Shown here: positions 19,069-28,865 of the stretch, piece by piece
How the letters are laid out: each line of letters opens with the position of its first letter
How positions within the stretch are numbered: position 1 is the first letter of the stretch
NCBI GenBank assembly: GCA_963699755.1
Contig: CAVOVB010000010.1
Coordinates: forward strand, 32,001 to 96,000
From: an uncultured delta proteobacterium
GTDB lineage: Bacteria > Myxococcota_A > Polyangia > Polyangiales > Houyiibacteriaceae
Direction of reading: 5' to 3'
Length of the DNA stretch: 64,000 bases
Notes under the pieces: generated by a model
What the model was told of the DNA's origin: nothing
What the model saw: only the letters and a program-made list of their open reading frames with translations
Databases searched by the model: none
Made by a program: the position numbers and the translations under genes

Positions 19069-19587
19069 ATGCGACACCGCAGTCACGGCGACGGTTCCTT
19101 TCGCATCGACCAGTTTGCTCGATGCGGTCCCGACTGTGTGTTCGAAGCGGGCGTCCTCGTTTTCCACCCCGAGAACATCGAGCTCGGCACGAACGTCTAC
19201 ATCGGACATCAGACGATTCTCAAGGGCTACCACAAGAACCGCATGCGCATCGGTGATGAGACATGGATCGGCCAGCAGGCGTTCTTGCACAGCGCCGGCG
19301 GCATCGATATCGGCTCCCGCGTGGGCATCGCTCCTGGCGTTCGGATCATCACCTCGTTTCATGGCGAGGCGGGCCGCGACGTCCCGATCTTGAGCTCCCC
19401 GATCGAGCTCGGGCCGGTCGCGATCGAAGATGACTGCGATCTCGGCGTGGGTGCCATCGTGCTTCCGGGCGTCCACATCGGCAAAGGCGCGCAAATCGGA
19501 GCAGGCGCCGTCGTCGCGCGAGACGTGCCGCCCTACAGCGTCGCGGTAGGGGTGCCTGCCAGGGTGACCCGGGAGCGACCGAAATGA
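19069..19587 (+). CDS. Hexapeptide-repeat (LbH) acyltransferase
   Basis: Hexapeptide repeats; [34 protein letters not shown]. Confidence 0.9.
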   Translation: MRHRSHGDGSFRIDQFARCGPDCVFEAGVLVFHPENIELGTNVYIGHQTILKGYHKNRMRIGDETWIGQQAFLHSAGGIDIGSRVGIAPGVRIITSFHGEAGRDVPILSSPIELGPVAIEDDCDLGVGAIVLPGVHIGKGAQIGAGAVVARDVPPYSVAVGVPARVTRERPK

Positions 19588-20297
19588 GCGGCCCCGAGCT
19601 GAGCGTCATCATCTTCGCGTTCGATGAAGAGGCCAACATCGCGCCGGTCTTGCTCGAGTTGCGTACTTGGCTGTCGATCCACGAGCCTTCAGCTGAGATC
19701 GTGTTCGTCGATGACGGCTCTTCGGACGGGACCTCGATCGAAGCTTCCAAGGCGCTAGCCGGCGCACCCCATCAACTCCTTCGCCACGAAACAAACCGCG
19801 GTATTGGTGCAGCGCTCAAGACCGGAGTACGCGCTGCAAAAGGTAGCTGGGCGACCTTTTTGCCTGCGGACGGACAAATTGCACCCGACGCCATTGGAAC
19901 CCTGCGCGATGCGGCGGCACGCGACCGAAGCGAGGTCGTGTTCAGCGTCTACGATCACCGCGACGACGGCCTCCATCGTACGATCCTATCCGTGGGCGTT
20001 CGTGGACTGATTTTTTTGGTCCACGGCGTGCGAATGCGGAGCGACGGCCCCTATCTTTTCCGCCGCTCGCTCTTCGACGCCGACCAGCTCGTGCCAGACA
20101 CTTTCTTTTTGAACTTCGAGTTTCCGATTCGCGTTCTAGCTGCCGGTATCCCCACCACGGTCGTCACGATCGAATGCCGGCCACGCCGCTCCGGACATTC
20201 CAAGTCCACGGGCCTCAAGCGAATCTATGGTGTTGCGCAAGACCTGCTCGAGCTCCGGGTTCGGCGCGCCAAGGAATCACGCCGTCGAACGGCCTAG
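19584..20297 (+). CDS. GT2 glycosyltransferase, polyprenol-phosphate sugar synthase (DPM1-like)
   Basis: [36 protein letters not shown] and R-SGHSK motifs. Confidence 0.85.
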   Translation: MSGPELSVIIFAFDEEANIAPVLLELRTWLSIHEPSAEIVFVDDGSSDGTSIEASKALAGAPHQLLRHETNRGIGAALKTGVRAAKGSWATFLPADGQIAPDAIGTLRDAAARDRSEVVFSVYDHRDDGLHRTILSVGVRGLIFLVHGVRMRSDGPYLFRRSLFDADQLVPDTFFLNFEFPIRVLAAGIPTTVVTIECRPRRSGHSKSTGLKRIYGVAQDLLELRVRRAKESRRRTA

Positions 20298-21838
20298 GTG
20301 CGGAGCTCCGAAGGGCCGTTGAGCCGATCGCGAAGCGTGGACCTCGGGATTCCGAGAGCTCGGGCCGCTGCGGACATGTTGCCGCCATAATGTTCGAGCG
20401 CCTCGCGAAGCGAATCGGCTGAATGGCGAAGGATCGAAGGGTCCGAGCTCATGCGAAGTGCGCGTTCCACCGCGGCAAGGTCGATGAGCGCGCCGTCGCA
20501 GCCGATTGCGGCGAGCTCGAGCAGGTTTCGAAGCTCACGCACGTTCCCCGGCCAAGGATACTCGTGAAGACGGTCGAGTGCCTCGCCTGCAATTTGGCGC
20601 TCGCCGACCTCCGGCTCCATGAGACGAATGAAGTGAGTGACCAGGGGCCTGATGTCGTCTGGGCGCGCACGGAGCGCGGGAACCTCGACGACCAAGCGAT
20701 GGACTCGATAGTAGAGGTCCGCACGAAAGCGACCTTCGCGAACCATGGCTCCGAGGTCCCTGTGCGTGGCGCAAAGCAGTCGGACGTCGACGCTTCGCGA
20801 CGATTCGCTGCCCACCCGACGCACCTGCCAGGTTTCGAGGACCCGGAGAAGGCGGCTTTGAAGGTCCGGTGCGAGCTCGGCGACCTCGTCTAGGAAGAGC
20901 GTGCCGCCATGCGCCTGCTCGAACGCGCCGCGGTGGGCTTGGACCGCCCCTGTGAACGCCCCACGCTCATGACCGAAGAGCTCGCTTTCGATGAGCTCTC
21001 GCGGAAGCCCTCCGCCATTGATCGCCACGAACGGCCCGTGGCCTCGAGGCCCTCGTTCATGAAGCGCTCGGGCGACGTGCTCTTTTCCGACGCCGGTTTC
21101 GCCTCGGATCAGAACGGGCCACGGCAGAGCCGCAAAGCGATCCACGTCGGCCATCACGGAAAGCATCGGAGTCGACGCAACGACCAGCTCGGAAGCTTGC
21201 TTGTGGCCGCTGCTCCTGCGGACCACGCGCAGGATGGTCCGGCCAACTCGGAGCACGGCGCCCGATCGAAGCGGATGTCGGCGAACTCGAACACCGTCGA
21301 CCCAGGTGCCGTTGGTGCTCCCAAGGTCTCGGACCGAAACCCCTTGTGAAGAGGGCTCGATGCGACAATGGTACTGACTGACCGCCCTGTCGGACAGGAT
21401 GATCGCGTTGTCCGGGGCCCCGCCGAGCGAGAGCGGCTCCTCCCCGACGTGAAATCCGCGTGCCGCTCCGCCATGGCCACCGAGAAGCGAAAGGCGCACC
21501 GGCTCGACCCCAGCCCGGGGAAGTAGCTCGGTGCCTCCAGGTGCGAATGGGACGGATTCGCCCTTGACGCGAGCGACCGAGTATCCGCCGCCAACGGCCA
21601 GGCTCTGCCCGATCGGCATGACCGAACGCGCCCCGAGCCCAGGTCTATTGTCCAGGTCGTAGATGTAGACGGTGCCCCCATGAGGCTGAAAGAGCTTCGC
21701 CCTCGGGGGCACCGAAGCGGCATGGATGACGATATCGCAGTCTGGATGTGAACCGAGCTCGAGCGCCGAATCCCCTAGCGGAAAAGACCGAATGCGCCGC
21801 CCAGCGCGACTGAGACAAAGCGTATCGTCCGAAGCCAC
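20294..21838 (-). CDS. FHA-domain sigma54-dependent enhancer-binding protein
   Basis: FHA (VSQYHC...DLGSTNGT), GETGVGKE, ESELFGHERGAFTGA, LFLDEV, WPGNVREL and C-terminal HTH (AARALGIPRSTL). Confidence 0.95.
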   Translation of the reverse strand: MASDDTLCLSRAGRRIRSFPLGDSALELGSHPDCDIVIHAASVPPRAKLFQPHGGTVYIYDLDNRPGLGARSVMPIGQSLAVGGGYSVARVKGESVPFAPGGTELLPRAGVEPVRLSLLGGHGGAARGFHVGEEPLSLGGAPDNAIILSDRAVSQYHCRIEPSSQGVSVRDLGSTNGTWVDGVRVRRHPLRSGAVLRVGRTILRVVRRSSGHKQASELVVASTPMLSVMADVDRFAALPWPVLIRGETGVGKEHVARALHERGPRGHGPFVAINGGGLPRELIESELFGHERGAFTGAVQAHRGAFEQAHGGTLFLDEVAELAPDLQSRLLRVLETWQVRRVGSESSRSVDVRLLCATHRDLGAMVREGRFRADLYYRVHRLVVEVPALRARPDDIRPLVTHFIRLMEPEVGERQIAGEALDRLHEYPWPGNVRELRNLLELAAIGCDGALIDLAAVERALRMSSDPSILRHSADSLREALEHYGGNMSAAARALGIPRSTLRDRLNGPSELRT

Positions 21839-21905
21839 TGAGTAGGTATCGGCCGTCCCCTCTGGCAGTTGCGTCGAATGGGCTCGACCCTAAGCTCCGG
21901 ACATC

Positions 21906-23000
21906 TTGTCTCAAGCACTCCGGGAAACCTCACTCACCGACGAGCACCGGGCCCTCGGCGCACGACTCGTTCCCTTCGCTGGTTGGCGCATGCCCGTCCA
22001 GTACAGGGGCATCAAGCAAGAGCACGAAGCGGTTCGCAGCCGTGCGGGCCTCTTTGATGTGTCTCACATGGGAGAGATCCTGATCGAGGGGCCGCGAGCG
22101 GTCGCCGAGGTCGATCGGCTGGTCACCAATGACGTCTCGAATCTCGACGTCGGGGAGGCGCTCTACACCACCTGCTGCAACGAGGCTGGCTACATCCTCG
22201 ACGACCTGATCGTGTATCGCTTGGAACGGGAGAAAGTCCTCGTCGTCTGCAATGCGTCCAACCGAGAAAAGATCGTTGCCCACTTCGCAAAGAACCTGAA
22301 TCTCGGGATACCGTGGAACGACGTGTCGGATCAATGGGCGCTACTGGCCCTGCAAGGGCCGAACGCGGTCGCAATCATGAAGGACCTGGGCGCGCCGCAG
22401 GAGGTGCTCGACCTTCCCTACTTCCACGTGACGCGCGCGAGCTTGGCAGGCGTCGAGCTCTGGGTCGCCCGCACAGGCTACACAGGGGAAGACGGCTTCG
22501 AGCTTTTTTGCGCGAGCGACGATGCCGTGAGCCTTTGGAGAGCTGTCATCGATGCTGGCAAGTCACACGGTCTCGAACCGGTCGGCCTCGGTGCACGTGA
22601 CACCCTGCGGCTCGAAGCGAAGCTCGCGCTCTACGGCAACGAGATCAGCGAACAGACCCATCCCTTCGAGGCGGGCCTCGGCTGGGTCGTAAAGCTCGAT
22701 GCGAATGATTTCATAGGCCGGGACGCACTGCGCGCCATCAAAGCGGCTGGCCTCGAACGAAAGCTCGTCGGATTCGAGATGACCGGGCGCGGAATCGCCC
22801 GTCATGGCTACCCGATCGTGGCGGGTGGCAAAGCCGTCGGAGAGGTCACCAGCGGCTCCCCGGGGCCGACGGTTGGACGGAACATCGGTCTCGGCTATGT
22901 GCCCCTGGCCCTTGCCAAGGTGGGGGCCAGCCTGGGCATCGAGATCCGTGGCAAGGTGGTCGACGCCGTGATAGTGAAGACCCCGTTTTACAAGAGGTGA
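21906..23000 (+). CDS. gcvT: Glycine cleavage system aminomethyltransferase T
   Basis: [29 protein letters not shown] and [12 protein letters not shown] motifs. Confidence 0.97.
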   Translation: MSQALRETSLTDEHRALGARLVPFAGWRMPVQYRGIKQEHEAVRSRAGLFDVSHMGEILIEGPRAVAEVDRLVTNDVSNLDVGEALYTTCCNEAGYILDDLIVYRLEREKVLVVCNASNREKIVAHFAKNLNLGIPWNDVSDQWALLALQGPNAVAIMKDLGAPQEVLDLPYFHVTRASLAGVELWVARTGYTGEDGFELFCASDDAVSLWRAVIDAGKSHGLEPVGLGARDTLRLEAKLALYGNEISEQTHPFEAGLGWVVKLDANDFIGRDALRAIKAAGLERKLVGFEMTGRGIARHGYPIVAGGKAVGEVTSGSPGPTVGRNIGLGYVPLALAKVGASLGIEIRGKVVDAVIVKTPFYKR

Positions 23001-23395
23001 TGCCAGTGACGTACCCAAGGGACCTTCAGTACACCCGCGACCACGAGTGGGCGCGCATCGAAGATGACGTGATTCGCGTCGGAATCACGTCGTACGCGGT
23101 CGAGCAGCTGGGGGACGTGACCTTGGTCGACATGCCGGCTCCAGGGGAAGATGTTCAGGCCCACGAGCGTTTCGGCGACATCGAGTCGGTCAAGACCGTG
23201 AGCGAGCTCTTTGCGCCCGTCAGTGGCGAGGTGGTCGAAGTGAACGCCGCCCTAGAGTCGAGCCCCGAGCTGGTCAACGAATACCCCTACGACGAGGGCT
23301 GGCTGATCACGATTCGCCCCTCGGACCAGGGCGAGCTCGAAGGGCTCATGGATGCCGCGAGGTATGAGGAGTACCTCGGAACCTTGGACGGCTGA
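23000..23395 (+). CDS. gcvH: Glycine cleavage system H protein
   Basis: HEW, GITSYA-EQLGD, lipoyl site IESVKTVSE and PELVN-PY-EGW. Confidence 0.97.
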   Translation: MPVTYPRDLQYTRDHEWARIEDDVIRVGITSYAVEQLGDVTLVDMPAPGEDVQAHERFGDIESVKTVSELFAPVSGEVVEVNAALESSPELVNEYPYDEGWLITIRPSDQGELEGLMDAARYEEYLGTLDG

Positions 23396-23410
23396 GCAAC
23401 CGGCACAACC

Positions 23411-24757
23411 GTGAGATACCTCCCGCATACCGACCAAGAGATCCGAGCGATGCTCGCCCGCGTGGGAGTCGAGCGGATCGACGACCTCTTCGAGTCCATT
23501 CCAGAATCGGTTCGTTTGAACCGTGCGCTCGATCTCGAGCCGGCGCTCGACGAGCCACGGCTCATGCAGCACCTCGCCGCCCTGGCGCAGGGGAACAGGG
23601 GTGCGAAGATGCTCTCGTTCCTCGGCGGCGGGATGTACCAGCATCACGTGCCCCCGGCGGTCGACCAGCTTCTTCAACGAAGCGAGTTCTACACGGCGTA
23701 TACGCCCTACCAAGCCGAGCTCTCCCAAGGCACGCTTCAAGCGATCTTCGAATTCCAGACGATCGTCTGCGAGCTCTTCGGCACCGACGTCGCCAATGCG
23801 TCGATGTACGACGCCGCGAGCGGGGCGGCGGAGGCGGTGCTGATGGCTCGGCGGATCAAGCGTCGGAGCCACGTGTTGGTGAGTGAGGCGCTTCACCCGG
23901 AGTACATCGAAACCATTCGTACCTACGTGCAGGGGCTCGACACCGAGACGATGATTGAGCTCGTCCCGATCGCGGCTGACGGACGGACCGACTGGGAGGC
24001 GGGCAGGCGCCTCATCTCCGACAAAACCGCTGCGATCGTCGTCGGTTATCCGAACTTCTTCGGCTGCGTCGAGGACCTGATCACAGCCCGCGGCCTTGCC
24101 GACACCGTGGAGGCGCTCTTGGTGACCGCAAGCGCCGAGCCTTATGCGCTTTCGGTGCTGCGGGCGCCTGCCGAATGCGGGGCCGACATCTGCGTGGGGG
24201 AAGGACAGGCGCTGGCGGTTCCCCCCCAGTATGGCGGCCCCGGGGTTGGTCTCTTCGGGGCCTCGCAGGCGTTCGTTCGGCAGATGCCCGGCCGCTTGGT
24301 GGGGCGCACGGTCGATTTGGAAGGCCAACCCGGGTATGTGCTCACCTTGTCGACGCGGGAGCAACACATTCGCCGCGAGAAAGCGACCTCGAATATCTGC
24401 ACCAACCATGGCTTGATCGCGCTCGCCATGGGGATCCGGACCGCCATGCTCGGACGACGGGGCTTCCGAGAGGCTGGGCAGCGCTGCCTAAACGCCGCGA
24501 GTTACATTCGAGCAGCCGTCGAAAAGCTCGATGCCTTCGAGATTCCTTACGCCGCGCCGGTATTTAACGAGCTCGTGATCCGGAGCACGGGCCCTGACGC
24601 GAGCGAAATCGTCGCCCGTCTGCTCGAACGTGACGTCATCGCCGGCATCGACCTCGGCCGCTTCCGCGACGACTGGCGCAAAGATCTCCTCGTGGCTGTC
24701 ACCGAGCTCCATAGCCGTGACGAGCTAGATCGCCTGCTCGACGCCCTCGCCAGCTGA
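23411..24757 (+). CDS. gcvPA: Glycine dehydrogenase (decarboxylating) subunit 1
   Basis: MRYLPHT, EFYTAYTPYQAELSQG, NASMYD and REQHIRREKATSNICTN motifs. Confidence 0.97.
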   Translation: MRYLPHTDQEIRAMLARVGVERIDDLFESIPESVRLNRALDLEPALDEPRLMQHLAALAQGNRGAKMLSFLGGGMYQHHVPPAVDQLLQRSEFYTAYTPYQAELSQGTLQAIFEFQTIVCELFGTDVANASMYDAASGAAEAVLMARRIKRRSHVLVSEALHPEYIETIRTYVQGLDTETMIELVPIAADGRTDWEAGRRLISDKTAAIVVGYPNFFGCVEDLITARGLADTVEALLVTASAEPYALSVLRAPAECGADICVGEGQALAVPPQYGGPGVGLFGASQAFVRQMPGRLVGRTVDLEGQPGYVLTLSTREQHIRREKATSNICTNHGLIALAMGIRTAMLGRRGFREAGQRCLNAASYIRAAVEKLDAFEIPYAAPVFNELVIRSTGPDASEIVARLLERDVIAGIDLGRFRDDWRKDLLVAVTELHSRDELDRLLDALAS

Positions 24758-25027
24758 GCCGCGCGCCCCGACCTCCGATCGAATCGCATCTGAGCCAACG
24801 TTCAGACGTTGCAAAGATCCAGCACCCATGCACAGATCCCGGTTCGCCTAGTGGAGAACCATCGTGTAACAGGGCGATATCACATCGGATTCATACCTAA
24901 GCCTTGACCCTCGAAGCCCGCAAACACAGCTGTTTGTTTTACCTTGCGCGTTCCAAAGAGGCGATGGAAACTCGCCCGACTTCGAGAGATTTGCTGCCTG
25001 TGCAAGGGTTCCTCCAGAGGCTGCGAC

Positions 25028-25309
25028 ATGACTGAACAGCGACGAAGCTCCTTCATCAACTTCCGAGGCTCTGCGGACTCCGAGCAGGAGAACGCGCTGG
25101 TGGCATGGGAGGACGTCTGCGGTGACGAGCGCTGGCAGGGCCGCTGGGTCGCGCTCGATGATTGCGCATACAACGAAGCTGGTAAGGCGACCAGAGGGTT
25201 GGTCGTGGACTACGATGACAATCTCGCGGAGCTCTGCGCGCGTCTCAGCGCCGAACGTCGCAAGAGCTGCTCAGTCGTCTTCGTCGCCCCCGCCGAATCG
25301 GCCGCCTAG
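25028..25309 (+). CDS. Small hypothetical protein (weak DUF5678-like GRWVAL...VVD motif)
   Basis: 93-aa ORF from ATG 25028 with GAGG upstream; the stop overlaps the convergent gene. Confidence 0.6.
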   Translation: MTEQRRSSFINFRGSADSEQENALVAWEDVCGDERWQGRWVALDDCAYNEAGKATRGLVVDYDDNLAELCARLSAERRKSCSVVFVAPAESAA

Positions 25310-25812
25310 CCGTCGTCGGGCTCGTCTTCTTCGTCCCAAGGGTGTGGCTTTTCCTCGAGCGAGATCGGCTCGTCGACGCCCGTGCAGCGGTCCGGCTGAC
25401 CTCTGCGAAGCTTCACGGCGTTCCAGGGGCCACCGCCGGCAAGGTCATCGTCCATGCCCCACTCGCCCTTGATGTACTGGTCCCCATCCTCACCGATTTC
25501 GATGCGGAAGTAGCCATGACCCCGCCGCACCTGTGGCTTGCCCGCCACCAGCTCGCGCCGGTCTTCCCACTCAAAGAGCAGCAGGTCGCCTTCGATGTCG
25601 CCCTGGATTCGCCCGGCGCGCTCGTGCTTCACGTAGTCGCCGACCACCTTCTTGCCGCTCTGGCACAGGTGCATGTTGCCGTACTGTGGTGACTGCCAGA
25701 CCCCGTAGAAAGTCGCTCCCTCCGGCAACGGACCGGCTTTCGGCTTCTGAGAGCCTCCGCAGCCGAGGATGACCCCGAGCAACAGGGCCAGCGCTATCTG
25801 CTTTGCCTTCAT
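25306..25812 (-). CDS. Hypothetical lipoprotein
   Basis: MKAKQ + hydrophobic stretch + LGC lipobox; GGAGG RBS; beta-rich body with G-W motifs. Confidence 0.8.
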   Translation of the reverse strand: MKAKQIALALLLGVILGCGGSQKPKAGPLPEGATFYGVWQSPQYGNMHLCQSGKKVVGDYVKHERAGRIQGDIEGDLLLFEWEDRRELVAGKPQVRRGHGYFRIEIGEDGDQYIKGEWGMDDDLAGGGPWNAVKLRRGQPDRCTGVDEPISLEEKPHPWDEEDEPDDG

Positions 25813-25868
25813 CGGTCCCTCCGCCTCCACGATAAACGACCCTCGGCGGAAAGCGTAATTTCGGCGGC

Positions 25869-27569
25869 TCAGCGGATCTGAGGGATGGAAATCGCGTGGT
25901 AGAGGACGCCCGGGCTCTCCAAGAGCAGGAAGGCAAGGTCCCGGAGGCCTTCGAAGACCGAGCCTTCGAGCCGGAGCAGAGCCGCGGGCGGTGGAGGCTC
26001 GAGCCGGTAGCTCGCCACCACCATCGGGCGCAGCCGTTCCCGGAGGCGTGGAGACACGTCGATCGATTCCTTGAGGCGCTCGATCGCGCGGTCCATTCCG
26101 CCGAGCTCGTCGACCAGCCCGTGTCGGTGGGCGTCAGCCGCCAACCAGACCCGACCTCGCGCCAGCGGCTCGATTTCTTCGATGGGGCGCCCTCGGCCAT
26201 CGGCCACTAGGGCCACGAAGGAGTCGTAAAACGCGTCGAGCTCGCGGTTCATCAGTCCCCGCTCTTCCTCGGTCAGAGGGCGATGCGGCGAGTAGAGATC
26301 GGCGTGCGGCCCAGTCTGGAGGACCTCGGTGCGAATCCCGACTCGGTCGAGGAGCTCTGAGGCCAAGAGACGTGCCGAGACGACGCCGATCGAGCCAGTG
26401 AGACCAAGCGGCTGGGCAACGATGGCGTTGGCGTGCGCGGCGACATAGTACCCGCCGCTGGCAGCGACCTCACCGAAATAGGCAACGACCGGTTTCTTCT
26501 CGCGCACCCGAACCACCTCTCGGTGGATCAAGTCCGAGGCCTCGGCCGATCCACCCGGGGAATCGACCCAGAGCAGGACGCCGAGCGCCCGTGGGTCATG
26601 GCGTGCGTGACGAAGCGCCGCCACGATGGAAGCTCGGCGGCCCGTCGGAGCACCGGACTCGGAGATGGCGCCCTTGACGGTCACGACCGCGATGTACGGT
26701 TCGCGTCGCAGAGGCCGGAAGAGCTTTGCTTCCTTGAAGGCGAGATAGCCGTCGGCCTCGATGAGGCCTTTCTTCTTCTTGTCGTCGTTTAGGCCGAGCT
26801 TTTCGGGAAGCTCGTCTTCGTAGGCGAGCCCATCGACCAGGCGCGCGTCAATCGCGTCTTGGCCACGGAACACCGCTTCATCGAACAGCGTGCGCGCGAG
26901 CTCGGCTGTCGTGCCAATGCGCTGAGCGAGGGCGTCAAGCAAGGCTGCGGTGTGTCCGTCGATCAAGGCTTGGACCTGCTCCCGTTGTGGTTCGCTCATC
27001 GATTCGCGACTCAGGCGTTCGGCGGCGGTCTTGTATTCCTTGCGCGCGAACGGCTCGACCTCGACACCAATGTGATCGAGCATGGGCTTCACGTAGTGCG
27101 ACTGCGCGGACAGGCCGAGGAGGGTGATCGTGGCCTGGGGTCCGAGGTAGATGCATTCGGCGGCGGAGGCGACGTAGAGCTCACGGTGCCCGCCACCTCG
27201 GGGGAGGAGAACGCTCGTGCCCTTCCCCTCATCCCTCAGGCGGAGGATCTGCTCGCGAAGCCCCGCGCAGACCGACCAGCCCGCTTGGAGCGGCGGCAGG
27301 ACTATCGCGACGCCGTCGATGCGGGCGTCCCTGATCGCATAATCAGCAACCCTACGAACGGCGGCCAAAGACGAGGTGCGCCGAAGCGAACCGGCATCGA
27401 GCAACCTGCGCAGCCAAGGAATCGGCTGACGGGCTTCCACGAGGCGCGGTTTCAGGCGTATGACGACCCAGCGCCCTTTCGGTCGCAATATCGATCGGGC
27501 CATCGCCCACAATGGTAGGAGCGGCACGCACAGTAGATTTCTCATCGCGCGAAGGAGAGAACGAAGCAT
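25869..27569 (-). CDS. sppA: Signal peptide peptidase SppA (S49, two-domain)
   Basis: EYKTAAE (Lys), VDSPGGS, VAASGGYYVA (Ser), TGSIGV and GRVW motifs. Confidence 0.92.
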   Translation of the reverse strand: MLRSLLRAMRNLLCVPLLPLWAMARSILRPKGRWVVIRLKPRLVEARQPIPWLRRLLDAGSLRRTSSLAAVRRVADYAIRDARIDGVAIVLPPLQAGWSVCAGLREQILRLRDEGKGTSVLLPRGGGHRELYVASAAECIYLGPQATITLLGLSAQSHYVKPMLDHIGVEVEPFARKEYKTAAERLSRESMSEPQREQVQALIDGHTAALLDALAQRIGTTAELARTLFDEAVFRGQDAIDARLVDGLAYEDELPEKLGLNDDKKKKGLIEADGYLAFKEAKLFRPLRREPYIAVVTVKGAISESGAPTGRRASIVAALRHARHDPRALGVLLWVDSPGGSAEASDLIHREVVRVREKKPVVAYFGEVAASGGYYVAAHANAIVAQPLGLTGSIGVVSARLLASELLDRVGIRTEVLQTGPHADLYSPHRPLTEEERGLMNRELDAFYDSFVALVADGRGRPIEEIEPLARGRVWLAADAHRHGLVDELGGMDRAIERLKESIDVSPRLRERLRPMVVASYRLEPPPPAALLRLEGSVFEGLRDLAFLLLESPGVLYHAISIPQIR

Positions 27570-27592
27570 CGTTATTGCCTATAGTGACGGCC

Positions 27593-27601
27593 TGTTATGC
27601 T
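27593..27601 (+). promoter_or_regulatory. Putative extended -10 promoter for mglBA
   Basis: TGtTATGCT about 90 nt upstream of mglB, with TTGCCT further upstream. Confidence 0.35.
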
Positions 27602-27692
27602 GGGAGTGGTGGGGCCGGAAATCTTTACCGGTGTCTAGCGCTCTGCTAGGAACTCATAGCACTGAAGAAGACGAAGGAGCACGGCTCAGAAC

Positions 27693-28175
27693 ATGGCAAG
27701 CCCCCAGATGGTGATGTACGAGGAGGAGTTTGCCCAGGTTCAGGCCGTGACGAATCGGCTCGTCCAGGATGCGAATGCGCGTGTGGTTTTTGTGGTGGAC
27801 AAGAACGGCCAGCTGATCAGCGCGTCTGGCGACACGGGGGATCTCGATACGACTTCCCTAGCATCGCTCACTGCGGGTACGATTGCTGCGACGGGAGGCA
27901 TTGCGCAGCTGCTGCGAGAGCAGGAGTTCGCGACCCAATACCACGAGGGGGCTCGGCAGAACGTTCACATCCAAGTGGTCAGTGGTCGCGTGATTCTTGT
28001 AGTCATCTTCGACAATCGGACAAGCTTGGGGCTCGTGAGGCTTCGCGTGAAGCGCGCCACCGAGAGCCTGACCCGAATCTTTGAGATGGTGATGGCGAAG
28101 GCGCAGGACCCTTTTCAGAGCTCACCATTCGCAGAGATCACCGATGACGACATCGACAACTTGTTCAACGACTAA
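27693..28175 (+). CDS. mglB: MglB roadblock-domain GAP for MglA
   Basis: VMYEEEF, VDKNGQLIS, DTTSLASLTAG, TSLGLVRLR and C-terminal SPFAEITDDDIDNLF, as in myxobacterial MglB. Confidence 0.97.
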   Translation: MASPQMVMYEEEFAQVQAVTNRLVQDANARVVFVVDKNGQLISASGDTGDLDTTSLASLTAGTIAATGGIAQLLREQEFATQYHEGARQNVHIQVVSGRVILVVIFDNRTSLGLVRLRVKRATESLTRIFEMVMAKAQDPFQSSPFAEITDDDIDNLFND

Positions 28176-28194
28176 TTAGGAGAGGCTTAGGGGG

Positions 28195-28788
<594 letters not shown>

Positions 28789-28865
28789 GGCAATGGTAGT
28801 AGGGGCAATCCGTGCCTGGGGAGTCTCTTGATTTCGTGGGCTCGTGGGGGGCGGAGAGTGTCCTC

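Noticed and set aside
21839..21905. Possible glycine riboswitch upstream of gcvT
   Set aside because: Only about 67 bp of divergent intergenic space, with no aptamer consensus.
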